Positions 26,132 through 35,582 of a stretch of DNA of 44,648 nucleotides are shown here, piece by piece; within the stretch, counting starts at the first letter, position 1; each line of letters starts with the position of its first letter. The translations under genes and the position numbers were made by a program. The stretch is from an uncultured Candidatus Saccharibacteria bacterium. GTDB taxonomy: Bacteria > Patescibacteriota > Minisyncoccia > Phycocordibacterales > XYD1-FULL-46-19. The notes under the pieces are model-generated. The model was given only the letters and a program-made list of their open reading frames with translations. It had not been told where the DNA came from and did not search any database. The stretch lies in the NCBI GenBank assembly GCA_964433715.1, contig CAYSSL010000001.1:1-44648 (forward strand), given 5' to 3'.

Positions 26132-29083
26132 TTACTTCATCAATCGGCGCAACTGACAATATTCACATTTAGGCTCATCACAAAATTTGTCCCAAAATTT
26201 AAGGGCTAAAATTTCTTCCGCCGTATCCTTAATCACAATTTTCAATTTATCTACCTCGGCAAAAGGAATTTCAAATTTTTCTTTTTTATACTTACCACTA
26301 TCACTCGGCTCTACAAAATCTATCTCGCCAGAAACCATTTGATACTTACCATCCTCAAACAAATCAAGTAAAATTTTATAAAATACCAACTGACGAAAAT
26401 AGTTTCCATCGGCATCTTTAGTCTCACCCAACAGCTGGTTCCGACTCTTTGGTTTACCGGTTTTATAATCCACCACGTTAACAGTGGCGCCATCGCCTAA
26501 AAATTCCACCTTGTCTAAATTACCCACCAATCTAATATTTGGTTCCAGCAATACGCCTTTTATCTTAAATTCAGTCAAAACATTCAAGTTAAAAGTACCC
26601 TGATATTGTTTATACCAACCGCTTAAAGCTTTTTTACCTTTAGCTAAAGTTTCCGCAAGATTGGCTCCAGATATAGGCTGAGCTTGGAGATGAAATTCAA
26701 AACTCGCCAACAAAGAATCTTCACTTATTTCACGATCCTTTGCCCTCATAAACACGTCTTGCAACGCTCCATGAATAGCCAGACCATACAGCTGATGTTT
26801 TTCTGGCACAGCCGGCAACCGAATTAAATTCCGGTAAAAATATTGCCAAGGGCAAGTCAAATAATTGTTTAAAGCGGTCACGGACAAACCTTGGTTTTGA
26901 AACAATTCCCCAATAAACTGGACATCATTTAGGCTACTAGTATTAACTGTTTTTTCCGGCAATAAAAATATCGCACGTTTTTCTTTGCTCTCAATATTCC
27001 AGCTATCTACCTCAAGATATTCAACGAGCTTTGGATCAAGATCGGCAATAAAACGACAGGGTATTTGCTCCTTACCAGTCTCCCCAACTGTGGCATAGGT
27101 TATAGTAACAACTTCTTTAGCCCTAGTTAAAGCCACATAAAACAATCTCCTTTCGTCATCATCGGCCTCAGATTTTAGAGTGTCCAAGCTGTCCTCTGAT
27201 AAATTGTAAACACCCGCAAGCAACTTTAATTTATCGCGATTGTGCCGCCCTCCAAAGTGTCCATCGTAAGCACCAACTATATAAACATGGCCAAATTCCA
27301 ACCCTTTAGCTTTATGAGTAGTTAAGAGGCGAATTTTTCCCTTTTGGGCACCATGTCTTTTCTTTTTGACTAAAACTTTATGTTTTTTAGCAATAGAAAC
27401 AAAAGCTAAAAAATCAACTAGGCGGGCCTCAGGTTTACTCTCAACCACCAAAGCCAGTAAATCAAAAAAGTTTGACAGAGTCTCCAGACGATCGCGAGCT
27501 TTTTGGTCAGTAACAATAAATTCTATCAACCGTGATTCTTTTAAAATATTTTCAGCAAAATCTAGCAAATTACTATTTTCACTCGCTATTTTCCACTGCG
27601 ACAACTTGGCGAAAATCTCTGGGGTCGAGTCATTTAAAACATTAACAATCGGTATTTTTTTCTCACCAGCGGTGCGAATGTAGGTATAAGCCTCAAGCGG
27701 GGCAATACCAAAGAAATCAACATGTAGTAAGCGGGCAATCTTTTCATCATTACCAAAATCGGCCAAGGCCTCAAAAACAACAAGAAGTTTTTGAACATCA
27801 AGGTCGGATAGTAAATCATCGTCAGATTCAACAATGATCGGCAGATCAAATTTACGCAAAACCGAGGCTAAAAAAAAGGCATCACGGTTGTCACGATAGA
27901 GTACGGCGATATCATCGGCGCTGGCCCCTGACAATAATTTAGCTTTTATATCTTCGGCGACATAAAAATATTCCGACAAGACCGAATCAAAACCACCAAC
28001 TTTCACCAAATGGTTGTCGCCAGCCTTCTCAGATTGGAGCGCCTTTTTCCCCGGCAGCAACGCTTCAGCTTGATCCAATATTTTCTGCCCCGAACGATAG
28101 TTGGCAACCAAAGTAACAACCTTGGCTTTGGGGTAAAGACGAGAAAAGTAAAAAAAGTTTTCCAATGACGCTCCCTGAAAACGAAAGATAGCCTGCTTTT
28201 CATCGCCGACCACAAAAAGATTTGGGTTAGAATGAAAGCCCACAATTAACTCTAAAATTTTATTTTGAGCATTATTAGTGTCTTGATGTTCATCTACCAA
28301 AATATACTGGTGCTCCTCTTGAAGCATAGAAAGGAGGGTCGGGTTTGATTTTATTTCACGCAAAACTTCCATGATCATATCGTTAAAATCATAAAGTTTG
28401 CGCTCACTCAAAGCCTTTTCGTATGCTTCATAAATTAGGGCTAGTTCTAGATTTTTCTCAATCTCTCGACGAAGTTTTTCATAAATCTTTTTTATTTTGC
28501 CCTTGTAGGCACCTTTGTCATGATAAAGATCGGGTATTTTAAAATAATTAAGATCAGAATCTTTGCAAATTTTTTGATATTCATCGGCCGTAACACCTTC
28601 ACGTTTTAGCTCACCAATAGTAGAAACGATTGTCTTAATATAGTAAAAAGGGTCACCGAAAGGGCGTAAAACTTTTAGGGTCGCTTCCTCAACAATTTTT
28701 TCCACGATACCAATCTGGTCTATTTCAGTAATACTAGTTGAGCCAATAATTCGCGGGAATTCTTCGGGATAACTTTTAATAACATCATTACAAAAACTAT
28801 GGAAAGTGCTAATAACCACCTGATAGGCCCGACTACCCACCACGGTGGCCAGTCGCTCACGCATATTAGACGCCGCGTTTTCAGTAAAAGTCAGCGCCAA
28901 AATCTGTTCTGGTGCCGTGTCGGTTTGACGCAAAATATTAGCGATCCGCAAAGTAAGAATCTGGGTTTTGCCAGTACCGGGGCCAGCAATAACCATTACC
29001 GGCCCATCAATAGCGTCTACAGCCTCTTTTTGGGCAGGGTTGAGCCTCTTATATTGTTCTTTGAAAACTTCATCGTTTACCAT
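26132..29083 (-). CDS. UvrD/PcrA-type helicase fused to a C-terminal PD-(D/E)XK (Cas4/AddB-like, Cys-cluster) nuclease
   Basis: 983 aa with Walker A AGPGTGKT, DEHQD, and helicase motifs through TTHKAKGLEF..VALTRAK. The C-terminal ~250 aa carry CPWQYF, a VDYKTGK-type nuclease motif and the terminal C..C..C cluster (CDEPKCEYC). Confidence 0.85.
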   Translation of the reverse strand: MVNDEVFKEQYKRLNPAQKEAVDAIDGPVMVIAGPGTGKTQILTLRIANILRQTDTAPEQILALTFTENAASNMRERLATVVGSRAYQVVISTFHSFCNDVIKSYPEEFPRIIGSTSITEIDQIGIVEKIVEEATLKVLRPFGDPFYYIKTIVSTIGELKREGVTADEYQKICKDSDLNYFKIPDLYHDKGAYKGKIKKIYEKLRREIEKNLELALIYEAYEKALSERKLYDFNDMIMEVLREIKSNPTLLSMLQEEHQYILVDEHQDTNNAQNKILELIVGFHSNPNLFVVGDEKQAIFRFQGASLENFFYFSRLYPKAKVVTLVANYRSGQKILDQAEALLPGKKALQSEKAGDNHLVKVGGFDSVLSEYFYVAEDIKAKLLSGASADDIAVLYRDNRDAFFLASVLRKFDLPIIVESDDDLLSDLDVQKLLVVFEALADFGNDEKIARLLHVDFFGIAPLEAYTYIRTAGEKKIPIVNVLNDSTPEIFAKLSQWKIASENSNLLDFAENILKESRLIEFIVTDQKARDRLETLSNFFDLLALVVESKPEARLVDFLAFVSIAKKHKVLVKKKRHGAQKGKIRLLTTHKAKGLEFGHVYIVGAYDGHFGGRHNRDKLKLLAGVYNLSEDSLDTLKSEADDDERRLFYVALTRAKEVVTITYATVGETGKEQIPCRFIADLDPKLVEYLEVDSWNIESKEKRAIFLLPEKTVNTSSLNDVQFIGELFQNQGLSVTALNNYLTCPWQYFYRNLIRLPAVPEKHQLYGLAIHGALQDVFMRAKDREISEDSLLASFEFHLQAQPISGANLAETLAKGKKALSGWYKQYQGTFNLNVLTEFKIKGVLLEPNIRLVGNLDKVEFLGDGATVNVVDYKTGKPKSRNQLLGETKDADGNYFRQLVFYKILLDLFEDGKYQMVSGEIDFVEPSDSGKYKKEKFEIPFAEVDKLKIVIKDTAEEILALKFWDKFCDEPKCEYCQLRRLMK

Positions 29084-29151
29084 GGCGCCAGTATACCACC
29101 TCTTGAAAAGCTTGAGGAATGGTGTTTAATATACAGCAGAAAGGAGGGACT

Positions 29152-29334
29152 ATGAGCCAACATCGCCATAGTAGCCACCAACACCGGCGGACATCACTTC
29201 TAAAGAGAGCCAGAAACGGCGTAGTAAATGCCGTCCTGTTTATTTTTTCTCTCCTCGAAGATTTCTTTCGAGGCAAAGGAGCAAAATCCGCCGACGAGCT
29301 CGACCCCGAGCTCAGTTTTGAGAAAAAGCAATGA
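29152..29334 (+). CDS. hypothetical small basic protein (60 aa)
   Basis: ATG at 29152 is preceded by GGAGGG, and a terminator hairpin follows at 29337-29361. The longer track ORF (from 29119) lacks an SD. Confidence 0.45.
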   Translation: MSQHRHSSHQHRRTSLLKRARNGVVNAVLFIFSLLEDFFRGKGAKSADELDPELSFEKKQ

Positions 29335-29336
29335 CG

Positions 29337-29370
29337 GCCCGGAGACCACCTGTTTCCGGGCTATTTGTTT
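29337..29370 (+). terminator. terminator after the small basic protein
   Basis: gcccgga / tccgggc stem followed by a T-rich tract. Confidence 0.5.
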
Positions 29371-29428
29371 GAGATATTATCCCTAATCTGCTAGATTTAA
29401 ACTAATAAGAAATTAACTTTTTAATAAA

Positions 29429-29878
29429 ATGCTGCACGAAAAAATAAAAGGAGATATGAAGGAGGCGATGAAAGCTAAAGACGCTACTCGCCTATCGGTC
29501 GTTCGTGGTCTATTGTCGGCCTTTACCAATGAAGCAGTTGCCAAAGGCAAGCGCCCCGATGAAATGCTGACCGATGACGAAGTCTTAGCTGTCTTAAAAC
29601 GAAGCGCCAACCAGCGTAAAGACGCCGCCAGCCAATATCGCGACGGTGGGCGCCCCGACCTAGCCGAAAACGAAGAAAGTGAACTTGTCATTATTCAAGC
29701 CTATCTACCAGAGATGATGAGCCGAGCTGAAATAGAAAAAATTGCCACGGCTAAAATTGCCGAACTAGGAGCAGATAAATCTAAAATGGGCCAGCTGATT
29801 GGTTCTATTATTAAAGAAACCGCCGGACGAGCGGACGGCGGTGAAGTTAAAAAAATAGTTGAAGACCTGTTGGGCTAA
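29429..29878 (+). CDS. GatB/YqeY domain protein
   Basis: 149 aa with typical YqeY blocks (LKxDMKEAMKAKD, LRxLxSA, EExxIIxxYLP, MGxxIGxxxK). Confidence 0.8.
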   Translation: MLHEKIKGDMKEAMKAKDATRLSVVRGLLSAFTNEAVAKGKRPDEMLTDDEVLAVLKRSANQRKDAASQYRDGGRPDLAENEESELVIIQAYLPEMMSRAEIEKIATAKIAELGADKSKMGQLIGSIIKETAGRADGGEVKKIVEDLLG

Positions 29879-29893
29879 ATTAAATCAATCTAA

Positions 29894-30646
29894 CTAAGGC
29901 AGGTCGTTCGCGCCCACCGTTTCGCTTTCTAAAGTAGACACACCCCGAACCGCGTCCCGCAAAGCGTGGGCTTGAACTTTTTCTTCATCTTTTTCTTCAA
30001 TTATTTTTTCTTCTTCTTCCTTCCTGAGCGAAGAAAAACCAAACAAGGAAAAAACAATAATGGCGCCAATAACCGTGGCGCAGAGATCTACTAAAAACAA
30101 AGTTAGCGCCCCTGAAACAATCAGCCTATCGGTCATTACCGTCCCAATACCCACCGCACAAAGTGGGGGCAAGAGTGATACGGAAACAGCTACCCCAGGG
30201 AGAGTGGCTGATAAATCTTGTTTAACCCAAGAGTAAGCCACCGCCACCCCCGAAACAAAAGATATAATAAAAAAGATAAGGTCTGGTTGAATACGTGACA
30301 AGATTTCTTCCCCTACTTCATCGCTAGCAAAAACAAAAGCTGTCAGTAGTGATACCAAAAAAACCATCGTCACCGAACGTAAAATAATTTTTATTCCCCG
30401 CCCCATCGCCCGCGGCGAAGATGTTACCACCCCCATCGCCAAAGACAACAGTGGAAATAAAATAGGAGTAATCAAAACACCCCCCACCGTAATACTGGCG
30501 TTGTTGGTTATTAAACCCAATGTTGCAATAAAAGAAGCTAAAGCCAACAAAAAATAATAATCGGCTCGCGCGTGGCTCTCGTGTAACAATTGTGACAATG
30601 TTTTTTGTTGCTCAATAAAACTAGCAACGAAAAAAGTTTTAAACAT
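29894..30646 (-). CDS. DUF389-like hydrophobic membrane protein
   Basis: 250 aa with multiple TM helices and an acidic C-terminal tail. The family call comes from recalled topology and sequence pattern. Confidence 0.6.
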   Translation of the reverse strand: MFKTFFVASFIEQQKTLSQLLHESHARADYYFLLALASFIATLGLITNNASITVGGVLITPILFPLLSLAMGVVTSSPRAMGRGIKIILRSVTMVFLVSLLTAFVFASDEVGEEILSRIQPDLIFFIISFVSGVAVAYSWVKQDLSATLPGVAVSVSLLPPLCAVGIGTVMTDRLIVSGALTLFLVDLCATVIGAIIVFSLFGFSSLRKEEEEKIIEEKDEEKVQAHALRDAVRGVSTLESETVGANDLP

Positions 30647-30793
30647 GACTAGGATCTTATCCAGATATTGTAACAGATTTTTAAATTACAAACGATTTTA
30701 TTTTGTGGAAAGTGTGTTACTAATCTGCTAGACTCAGGTTGTCTGGTCCAATTACTGGCCACACCTCCGATATCTTAAAAAACCAAATTCATT

Positions 30794-31513
30794 ATGATTG
30801 AAAAAAATAAAGACAAACCAGTCCGCTTAAACAAGTATCTAGCCGACCACTACCCCCTCACCCGTAGGGCGGCCGACCTGATTATTGAAAAAGGTAAAGT
30901 TAAGATCAACGGTCGCTTAGCAAAACTAGGCCAATTGGTGCACCCCAATGATAAGGTAAATATTGAAGAAAAAGCGGCTCGCCCCGCCTACCGTTATTTT
31001 GTCTATCACAAACCAGCGGGTATATCCACCCATTCTTCTGGCGACGATAAGGGTATTTTAGATATTCTACATCTACCCATTAAGGCCTTCCCAATTGGCC
31101 GACTTGATAAAGATTCTCGGGGTCTAATAATTTTGTCCGATGACGGCCGACTAGCTGGCGCCCTACTTTCGCCCCAACATAAACACGAAAAAGAATATAT
31201 CGTAACCACCGACCGCACTGTCACTCCAGACATAATGAAGCGCTTGGCCCTTGGGGTGATTATTGAAAATTACCGCACTAAAAAAGCTAAAACAGTAAAA
31301 ACTAAAGATAAAGAATTTTCTATTATCCTCACCGAAGGTAAAAAACACCAAATCCGCCGAATGTGTGCCGCCCTGTCTTTGCAGGTAAAAGATCTGGTGC
31401 GTGTGCGCATTGAAAATATAAAATTAGCTAAACTACCCGAAGGTGAAGCGCGAGAACTGTCTGGAGCAGAACTAGAAGAATTTTTAAAACTAATCGGACT
31501 AGCCAAATCTTAA
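30794..31513 (+). CDS. RsuA/RluB-family pseudouridine synthase (S4 domain plus catalytic domain)
   Basis: 239 aa with an S4-like N-terminus (RLNKYLA...) and the catalytic motif GRLDKDSRGLIILSDDG. Confidence 0.85.
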   Translation: MIEKNKDKPVRLNKYLADHYPLTRRAADLIIEKGKVKINGRLAKLGQLVHPNDKVNIEEKAARPAYRYFVYHKPAGISTHSSGDDKGILDILHLPIKAFPIGRLDKDSRGLIILSDDGRLAGALLSPQHKHEKEYIVTTDRTVTPDIMKRLALGVIIENYRTKKAKTVKTKDKEFSIILTEGKKHQIRRMCAALSLQVKDLVRVRIENIKLAKLPEGEARELSGAELEEFLKLIGLAKS

Positions 31514-31531
31514 TCTATCCACAATTAAATA

Positions 31532-31559
31532 TTGAAAAATAAGCTCTTTTTGCTATAAT
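31532..31559 (+). promoter_or_regulatory. sigma-70-type promoter with no ORF behind it
   Basis: TTGAAA (31532-31537) - 16 nt - TATAAT (31554-31559). Confidence 0.5.
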
Positions 31560-31565
31560 TGCACG

Positions 31566-31730
31566 CAGAACATCGGCTAATACAATAAGAAAACGTGGCT
31601 AGTCCACCTAACAGCCGACAAAAGATCTTTAGCTAGTATAACAGCGCGCTTAGGCGTATTTTTTATTTTTAAAAAGTCCACTTGAGCGCTATTTGAGGCA
31701 AGGAGCCGGCTCGAGAGACGCCGGTTTTTT
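31566..31730 (+). ncRNA. candidate small RNA (unknown family)
   Basis: The unit runs from the promoter at 31532-31559 to a terminator: ccggc (31706-31710) / gccgg (31720-31724) plus T6 (31725-31730). A weaker stop with a long T-run sits near 31645-31670. There is no ATG-initiated ORF. An internal helix pairs tcggct with agccga. Confidence 0.3.
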
Positions 31731-31756
31731 GCACCCAAAGCAAAGTCCAAACTATA

Positions 31757-31785
31757 TTGACAAAATTAGCCATATGGTCTATAAT
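31757..31785 (+). promoter_or_regulatory. consensus sigma-70 promoter
   Basis: TTGACA (31757-31762) - 17 nt - TATAAT (31780-31785), a perfect consensus. Confidence 0.7.
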
Positions 31786-31817
31786 AGATATAGAGTCCAA
31801 AGCTGGAGGGCATAAAA

Positions 31818-32024
31818 ATGGACAAAGGTCTCGAGAGAGAAATATTCACCCACCCAACACATCCTGGCCTCCCCATTACCGGCCGCAGGGTCGCCCAAGA
31901 CGAGATTCTGAGGGCGAGCGACCTCAGACCCAGTGACTGCGGTTGCTGGCGGGAATGCGAGCGCCCGGGCACATTCGCCGGCGAGTCGTACTGGGTCCGC
32001 CCCGCGGACCGTGACCACCACTGA
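31818..32024 (+). CDS. GC-rich orphan 68-aa protein
   Basis: The SD GGAGGG (31805-31810) lies 7 nt before the ATG. G+C is 81/120 at 31861-31980 by hand count, with G/C-rich third positions in this frame. A terminator follows directly. Confidence 0.5.
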   Translation: MDKGLEREIFTHPTHPGLPITGRRVAQDEILRASDLRPSDCGCWRECERPGTFAGESYWVRPADRDHH

Positions 32025-32040
32025 AACTAGAAGGCCCCAA

Positions 32041-32080
32041 AAGGCCGGGACCCACCCTTGGGTTCCGGCCTTAATTTTTT
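32041..32080. terminator. bidirectional terminator (orphan gene / typA)
   Basis: aaggccgggaccc / gggttccggcctt, a 13-bp stem with one G-U pair, followed by aatttttt. Confidence 0.8.
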
Positions 32081-32092
32081 AAATAAACTTGT

Positions 32093-33871
32093 TTACTGCC
32101 TTTTGTGTTTAGCTCTTTCCGCCTCAGTTAAATATTTTTTACGCAGACGAGTACTCTTTGGGGTAATTTCTAAATATTCATCATCAGCCATTATCTCTAG
32201 TCCCCGCTCAATCGTAATGGGAAAAGGTGGAGTAAGATATATTTTGTCATCTGAACCAGATGCCCGCATATTGGTCAATTGTTTACCCTTGGTCGGGTTA
32301 ACCGCCATTTCTTCTCCTTTAGAGGTATTGCCCACAACCATACCCTCATACACATCTTCACTTGGTGCAATATATAAAGTGCCACGAGTCTGTAAATTCG
32401 CCAGAGAAAAACCAAGTGCTTTACCCGAAGCCATAGAGGTCATAGACCCTACAGCTCGCTTTTCTATTTCCCCTGCATAAGGTCGGAAGCCCAACACGCG
32501 ACTAGCAAAAATACCCTCACCCTTGGTATCAATCACAAACTGTCCGCGATAACCCAAGAGACCGCGGGTTGGCCCCTCTAAGGTGAGCCGAACCACATTA
32601 CCATCGGTCTTCATATTGGTCATATGAACACCCCTTTTGCCTAATTTTTCAATAACCGCTCCCTGAACCTCGCTCTGTATTTCAATCGTCACCTCTTCAA
32701 ATGGTTCCGACTTTACGCCGTCTACCTCCTTAATAATAACCTGTGGCTGTGACACCGATAATTCAAAACCTTCTCGGCGCATATTTTCCAAAAGCACTGC
32801 AATATGGAGCTCGCCCCGACCGTAAACTTTCATATCGTCACCAGAAAAATCTACCCTCAAGCCGACATTTACTTCCAATTCTTTTTCTAAACGCTCGCGA
32901 ATCTGTCGACTGGTAACATATTTACCTTCTCGTCCACCAAAAGGCGAGTCATTAACCAGAAAATTCAAAGCAATGGTGGGTTCATCCACATGAATGACCG
33001 GCAAAGCCTCTGTGCTAGGATCATCGGCAATAGTGTCACCAATATATATTTCCGCCAGACCAGCTACCATGGCAATATCCCCCGCTTGCGATTCTTTTAC
33101 TTCTTTACGTGCTAAACCATCAAAGGTAAAAAGTTTAGTAATTTTTCCCTCCTTGGTGGTGCCGTCAGCTTTTTTAATATAAACCTTAGATCCATCTTTC
33201 ATTACGCCTTCATAGACACGGACAACCGCCAAACGACCAAGAAAATTGTCATAAGCCAAATTAAAAGGTTGAGCTTTTAGTGGAACGGCCACTTCGTGAG
33301 GAGCCGGCAAAACATGCTCTAAAATAGTATCAAGCAGTGGCTCTAGATTTTTTCTTTCGTCGTCTAGTTTTTTCATCGCCACCCCATCTTTACCAATGGC
33401 GTAAACTGTCACGAAATCTAATTGTTCGTCACTAGCCCCCAGCTCCATAAAAAGTTCCAATACTTCATCGTGAGCGCGCGCACAATCAGCTGCGGGTTTA
33501 TCAATTTTATTTAAAACCACAATCGGCTTGTGGCCAATCTCTAGAGATTTTTTAAGAACAAAACGAGTCTGAGGCATTGGCCCCTCTTGCGCGTCTACCA
33601 CCAAAAGCACCGAGTCAATTGAGCGCAGCACCCGCTCCACCTCAGAACCAAAATCCGCGTGCCCTGGGGTGTCTACAATATTTATTTTAGTCCCCTTGTA
33701 GTTGACCGAAGTATTTTTAGCATAAATAGTAATACCCCGCTCTCGCTCTAAAGCATTAGAGTCCATAGACACTCCTTCTTCTACCATTCCGGTCTCACGC
33801 ATAATAGCGTCGGTCAGAGTGGTCTTTCCGTGGTCCACGTGGGCAATAATCGCAATATTTCTTGTTTCCAT
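32093..33871 (-). CDS. typA: translational GTPase TypA/BipA
   Basis: Motifs [15 protein letters not shown] and NKID, with BipA-type C-terminal domains. The ORF is open back to 33913, but the ATG at 33871 (METRNIAII) has a GGAAGG SD-like element upstream and matches the usual N-terminus. Confidence 0.93.
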   Translation of the reverse strand: METRNIAIIAHVDHGKTTLTDAIMRETGMVEEGVSMDSNALERERGITIYAKNTSVNYKGTKINIVDTPGHADFGSEVERVLRSIDSVLLVVDAQEGPMPQTRFVLKKSLEIGHKPIVVLNKIDKPAADCARAHDEVLELFMELGASDEQLDFVTVYAIGKDGVAMKKLDDERKNLEPLLDTILEHVLPAPHEVAVPLKAQPFNLAYDNFLGRLAVVRVYEGVMKDGSKVYIKKADGTTKEGKITKLFTFDGLARKEVKESQAGDIAMVAGLAEIYIGDTIADDPSTEALPVIHVDEPTIALNFLVNDSPFGGREGKYVTSRQIRERLEKELEVNVGLRVDFSGDDMKVYGRGELHIAVLLENMRREGFELSVSQPQVIIKEVDGVKSEPFEEVTIEIQSEVQGAVIEKLGKRGVHMTNMKTDGNVVRLTLEGPTRGLLGYRGQFVIDTKGEGIFASRVLGFRPYAGEIEKRAVGSMTSMASGKALGFSLANLQTRGTLYIAPSEDVYEGMVVGNTSKGEEMAVNPTKGKQLTNMRASGSDDKIYLTPPFPITIERGLEIMADDEYLEITPKSTRLRKKYLTEAERAKHKRQ

Positions 33872-33967
33872 AAAAAATTGGCCTTCCGGCCTAGTAACCT
33901 CATAATACATCAAAAAAGGTCTAAAGTCAAAGAAAAAGGCTCCTTAGAAAAAGCTATTTTCCCGCAA

Positions 33968-33997
33968 AAGAAAACCGCCCTCCAACTCGGTTTTCTT
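33968..33997 (-). terminator. terminator after the HAD hydrolase gene
   Basis: aagaaaaccg / cggttttctt stem with a 10-nt loop. Confidence 0.6.
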
Positions 33998-34014
33998 GGT
34001 TGGGAGCGGTTAAG

Positions 34015-34695
34015 TCAAAACAAAAGCCTAAGGAGGTCCATCAGCTCTTCATGATGATGGACGATCGGGTAACCGTAAGCAGCCAGCTGCTGGCGCGAGG
34101 AAAACCCGCTCGTGATAGTAAACACATACTGCACCCCAGCAAGCTCGGCTTCCTCAATATCCCGACCCATGTCAGTAACAAAGAGGATGTTGGCGGGAGC
34201 AATCTTCATCTCTTCGGCGATTTGCAGAAAGGCAGCCGCCTTTCTTTCCCCGCCGTAAGTAGCAGAAACAAAATCTGCCAGTCCAGCGTGACGCCCGATT
34301 TTCTCAATCGTCAGGGCGCGGTTGCAAGCGCTAGCGAAATGAATCGGCAACCCTCGCTCGGAGAAGTAGCTCAACACTTGCCTCGCCCCCGGCCGCTCGG
34401 GATATTCGGCGAGACAAAAGAAGTCGTCAAGAGCAAGAAGCAGTTCCTCACACTTCTCTGCTGGCACCCCGCGCGCTACCAGCATGTCACAAAAAGAACC
34501 GAGGTGGTTTTGTTGGTACCAATCAAGGCTGATCGGCTCTCCACCAAAAAGAGTAAGGGCTTGGTTGGTCGCCCAAATACTCCCCGCCTCCGAGTCTAGT
34601 ATCACCCCGTCAACATCAAACACCGCCACCCTGATCGCAATGTCTTGGGCTAGACGCCGAAACTCTCTCACCAAAGCCTCATTTTCAATAGTCAC
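34015..34695 (-). CDS. HAD-superfamily hydrolase (phosphatase type)
   Basis: 226 aa with motif I FDVDGVILDS and a distal acidic motif (VTDMGRDIEEA). The gene is visibly GC-richer than its neighbours. Confidence 0.75.
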   Translation of the reverse strand: MTIENEALVREFRRLAQDIAIRVAVFDVDGVILDSEAGSIWATNQALTLFGGEPISLDWYQQNHLGSFCDMLVARGVPAEKCEELLLALDDFFCLAEYPERPGARQVLSYFSERGLPIHFASACNRALTIEKIGRHAGLADFVSATYGGERKAAAFLQIAEEMKIAPANILFVTDMGRDIEEAELAGVQYVFTITSGFSSRQQLAAYGYPIVHHHEELMDLLRLLF

Positions 34696-34766
34696 TTTCC
34701 GGTCCTCCTTTTTTCTACCAAAATAACTAACACGTATTTATTAAAATGTAAAGTATACCGTTTACC

Positions 34767-35582
34767 CTACTTTAAGCTTTCACAAACATATCCATCATTA
34801 TCACTATCTAGCTTGTGGGGATCAGAGACAGGACCACCGCAAGTCTCAAAAACTTCTTGCGCCTTAATCTGGGTTGAAAAATCAGTACAATTATAGACAT
34901 TACGATCACAAACATAATTTTCCCCACCCCCTGCCACGCTCCGCGTGGCAGGGGGTGGGCTCTCTTTTGTTATTATCTTATTGTTTTCGCACACCCCAGT
35001 GGCCCACAAACCTTTTTTCAGTTCACGAGCTTCCCTTTCCGCCAACTTAAATTGCGCCTGATATTGGTAAGGTAGGTGATAAGTGTACTCGTAAGCAAAT
35101 CCTTCACCTATCATTAGTTTATTAAAATTAGTCCCGTCAGCTAAAAAAATATAGCGCAGCAGCCGGCCATATTTATCACGTTCACCTTGGCTTGGGTCGG
35201 CTTCTAGTTGTACCACTTTCCCAGTCAACACCGCTTTGGCTTTATTAGAAGCCTCTTTACCAAAACATTCCACCGCCTTCCTCGGGTCTACTGTCTCAGG
35301 TGTATTTATCCCGATCAAACGCAAAGTTTCTACTTTGCCATTTATATTTACCACCACCGTATCTCCATCTACCACTTTTACCACCTGATAGTTATTTAAT
35401 ACTTTTGACCCTAAAGACGTAGGACTGGTCAATATCGCTTCCACCGCCGTTTTCACGGTACTAGTCGCCACCGTCGCCGGTGTCTCAGATTGAACTCTCG
35501 TCTCCAGCCCCGCCGGCAAAACAACAGAAAAAAATATGATCAGTAAAATCAAACCAGCACCGACCAACAAAGTATTTCTCAT
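34767..35582 (-). CDS. secreted thermonuclease (SNase-like) with C-terminal excalibur Ca-binding motif
   Basis: 271 aa with an N-terminal signal/TM helix, SNase blocks ([24 protein letters not shown]) and a C-terminal [10 protein letters not shown]. Confidence 0.8.
   Translation of the reverse strand: MRNTLLVGAGLILLIIFFSVVLPAGLETRVQSETPATVATSTVKTAVEAILTSPTSLGSKVLNNYQVVKVVDGDTVVVNINGKVETLRLIGINTPETVDPRKAVECFGKEASNKAKAVLTGKVVQLEADPSQGERDKYGRLLRYIFLADGTNFNKLMIGEGFAYEYTYHLPYQYQAQFKLAEREARELKKGLWATGVCENNKIITKESPPPATRSVAGGGENYVCDRNVYNCTDFSTQIKAQEVFETCGGPVSDPHKLDSDNDGYVCESLK

Noticed and set aside
29383-29395. 13-mer ctaatctgctaga repeated at 30720-30732, in both cases upstream of a + strand gene
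   Set aside because: A single 13-nt repeat is expected by chance several times in a 45-kb window. It may simply be part of two extended -10 promoters (TGCTAGATT and TGCTAGACT). There is insufficient evidence for an operator.
31766-32021. Minus-strand ORFs (68 and 80 aa) opposite the GC-rich orphan gene
   Set aside because: They have no promoter or SD and run into the AT-rich promoter region of the + strand gene. The + frame has the complete set of expression signals.
34000-34599. 199-aa plus-strand ORF
   Set aside because: It is antisense to the HAD hydrolase gene, which carries the DxDG motif. Long antisense ORFs are expected in GC-rich genes.
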